Under the pieces are notes generated by a model, which saw nothing but the letters and a program-made list of their open reading frames with translations, searched no databases and was not told the DNA's origin. Position numbers and translations under genes: made by a program. Shown piece after piece: positions 63,341 through 64,000 of a stretch of DNA of 64,000 bases. This stretch comes from Octopus sinensis (Eukaryota): assembly GCF_006345805.1 (NCBI RefSeq), contig NC_042999.1, forward strand, positions 32,550,001-32,614,000. The letters run 5' to 3'. Each line of letters starts with the position of its first letter. Position 1 is the first letter of the stretch.

Positions 63341-64000
63341 TACGTTATATAATGTGTATTTTTAATACTTAAGTCGACAACTATTTCTATCAGTTCAAGT
63401 GACAGTATAGGAAATGTTTCTACTGCTTAAGGCACAATCCTTGTATTCCTATATGGATGTGTTTAAAATCAATGAAATAAATACTAAATCCTTATAGTGT
63501 ATGTTCTGTGGGTTTCTCTCTTATGTTGAGCATTAAATTTGCCTATGGCATAGCAGATTTATTTTAATGAATTGTATATTACAGGACAAAGTATAAAGTA
63601 CAACAACAATACAAAGGAAGCAAAGTGTATCAATAGAATTACATAGTTTTCACAGAACTAGGATTGGCAAAGTAAAAACGAAAAATAATAGTAATATAAG
63701 TAATATCTTAAATAGTGAAATTTGAATATACTGGGGCATGTCGGATAATTGTAGAGTATGAAAGGCAAAAGATTAGTGTATCACACATTCTAGCTGTTCG
63801 TTTATAGATAGTATAATAGTGCACATTCTAGAAATATTTTGTAGATCGTAGACATATAACTCCAGTGACTGTTATTCAGAGAGAGTGACAATTCCAAAAT
63901 TTCTCGGTTTTCAGAAGACGAATATTAATAGTTGTTTAACTCCCCTAATTTATATTTGATGTAACGTATTAATATATGCAAAACTGCATTAAGTAATTTC

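Overview
This is an AT-rich, microsatellite-saturated eukaryotic intergenic or intronic window. The SINE families and repeat landscape suggest an octopus/cephalopod genome, which is an inference. No host protein-coding gene can be firmly called; there is one weak Thr-rich ORF inside a locally duplicated block. The window is mostly transposable elements: a near-full-length CR1-type LINE with an uninterrupted ~1000-aa EN+RT ORF (14.8-18.55 kb, minus), two Tc1 (DD34E) copies, mariner, hAT-like, Gypsy, Tx1/L1, RTE, Dong/R4 and Penelope-like (PLE) remnants, Helitron-like non-autonomous elements and about 18 tRNA-derived SINE copies. The main signal not visible in the ORF track is a set of type I hammerhead ribozyme (HHR) motifs from at least five unrelated repeat families. 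(1) A 464-nt retrozyme-like unit at 1777-2377 has a direct repeat that starts at the predicted self-cleavage site. (2) Two foldback elements carry HHRs (2444-2834, 18711-19061). (3) A composite SINE (tRNA head + (TAA)n + HHR-bearing PLE-like tail + inverted arm) occurs in three copies. (4) Two further families are fossil or variant HHRs. The window also shows two SINE/LINE 3'-end partnerships, one with a covarying hairpin. All folds and alignments were read by eye and no ribozyme activity is demonstrated. Element boundaries are approximate unless a TSD is quoted.
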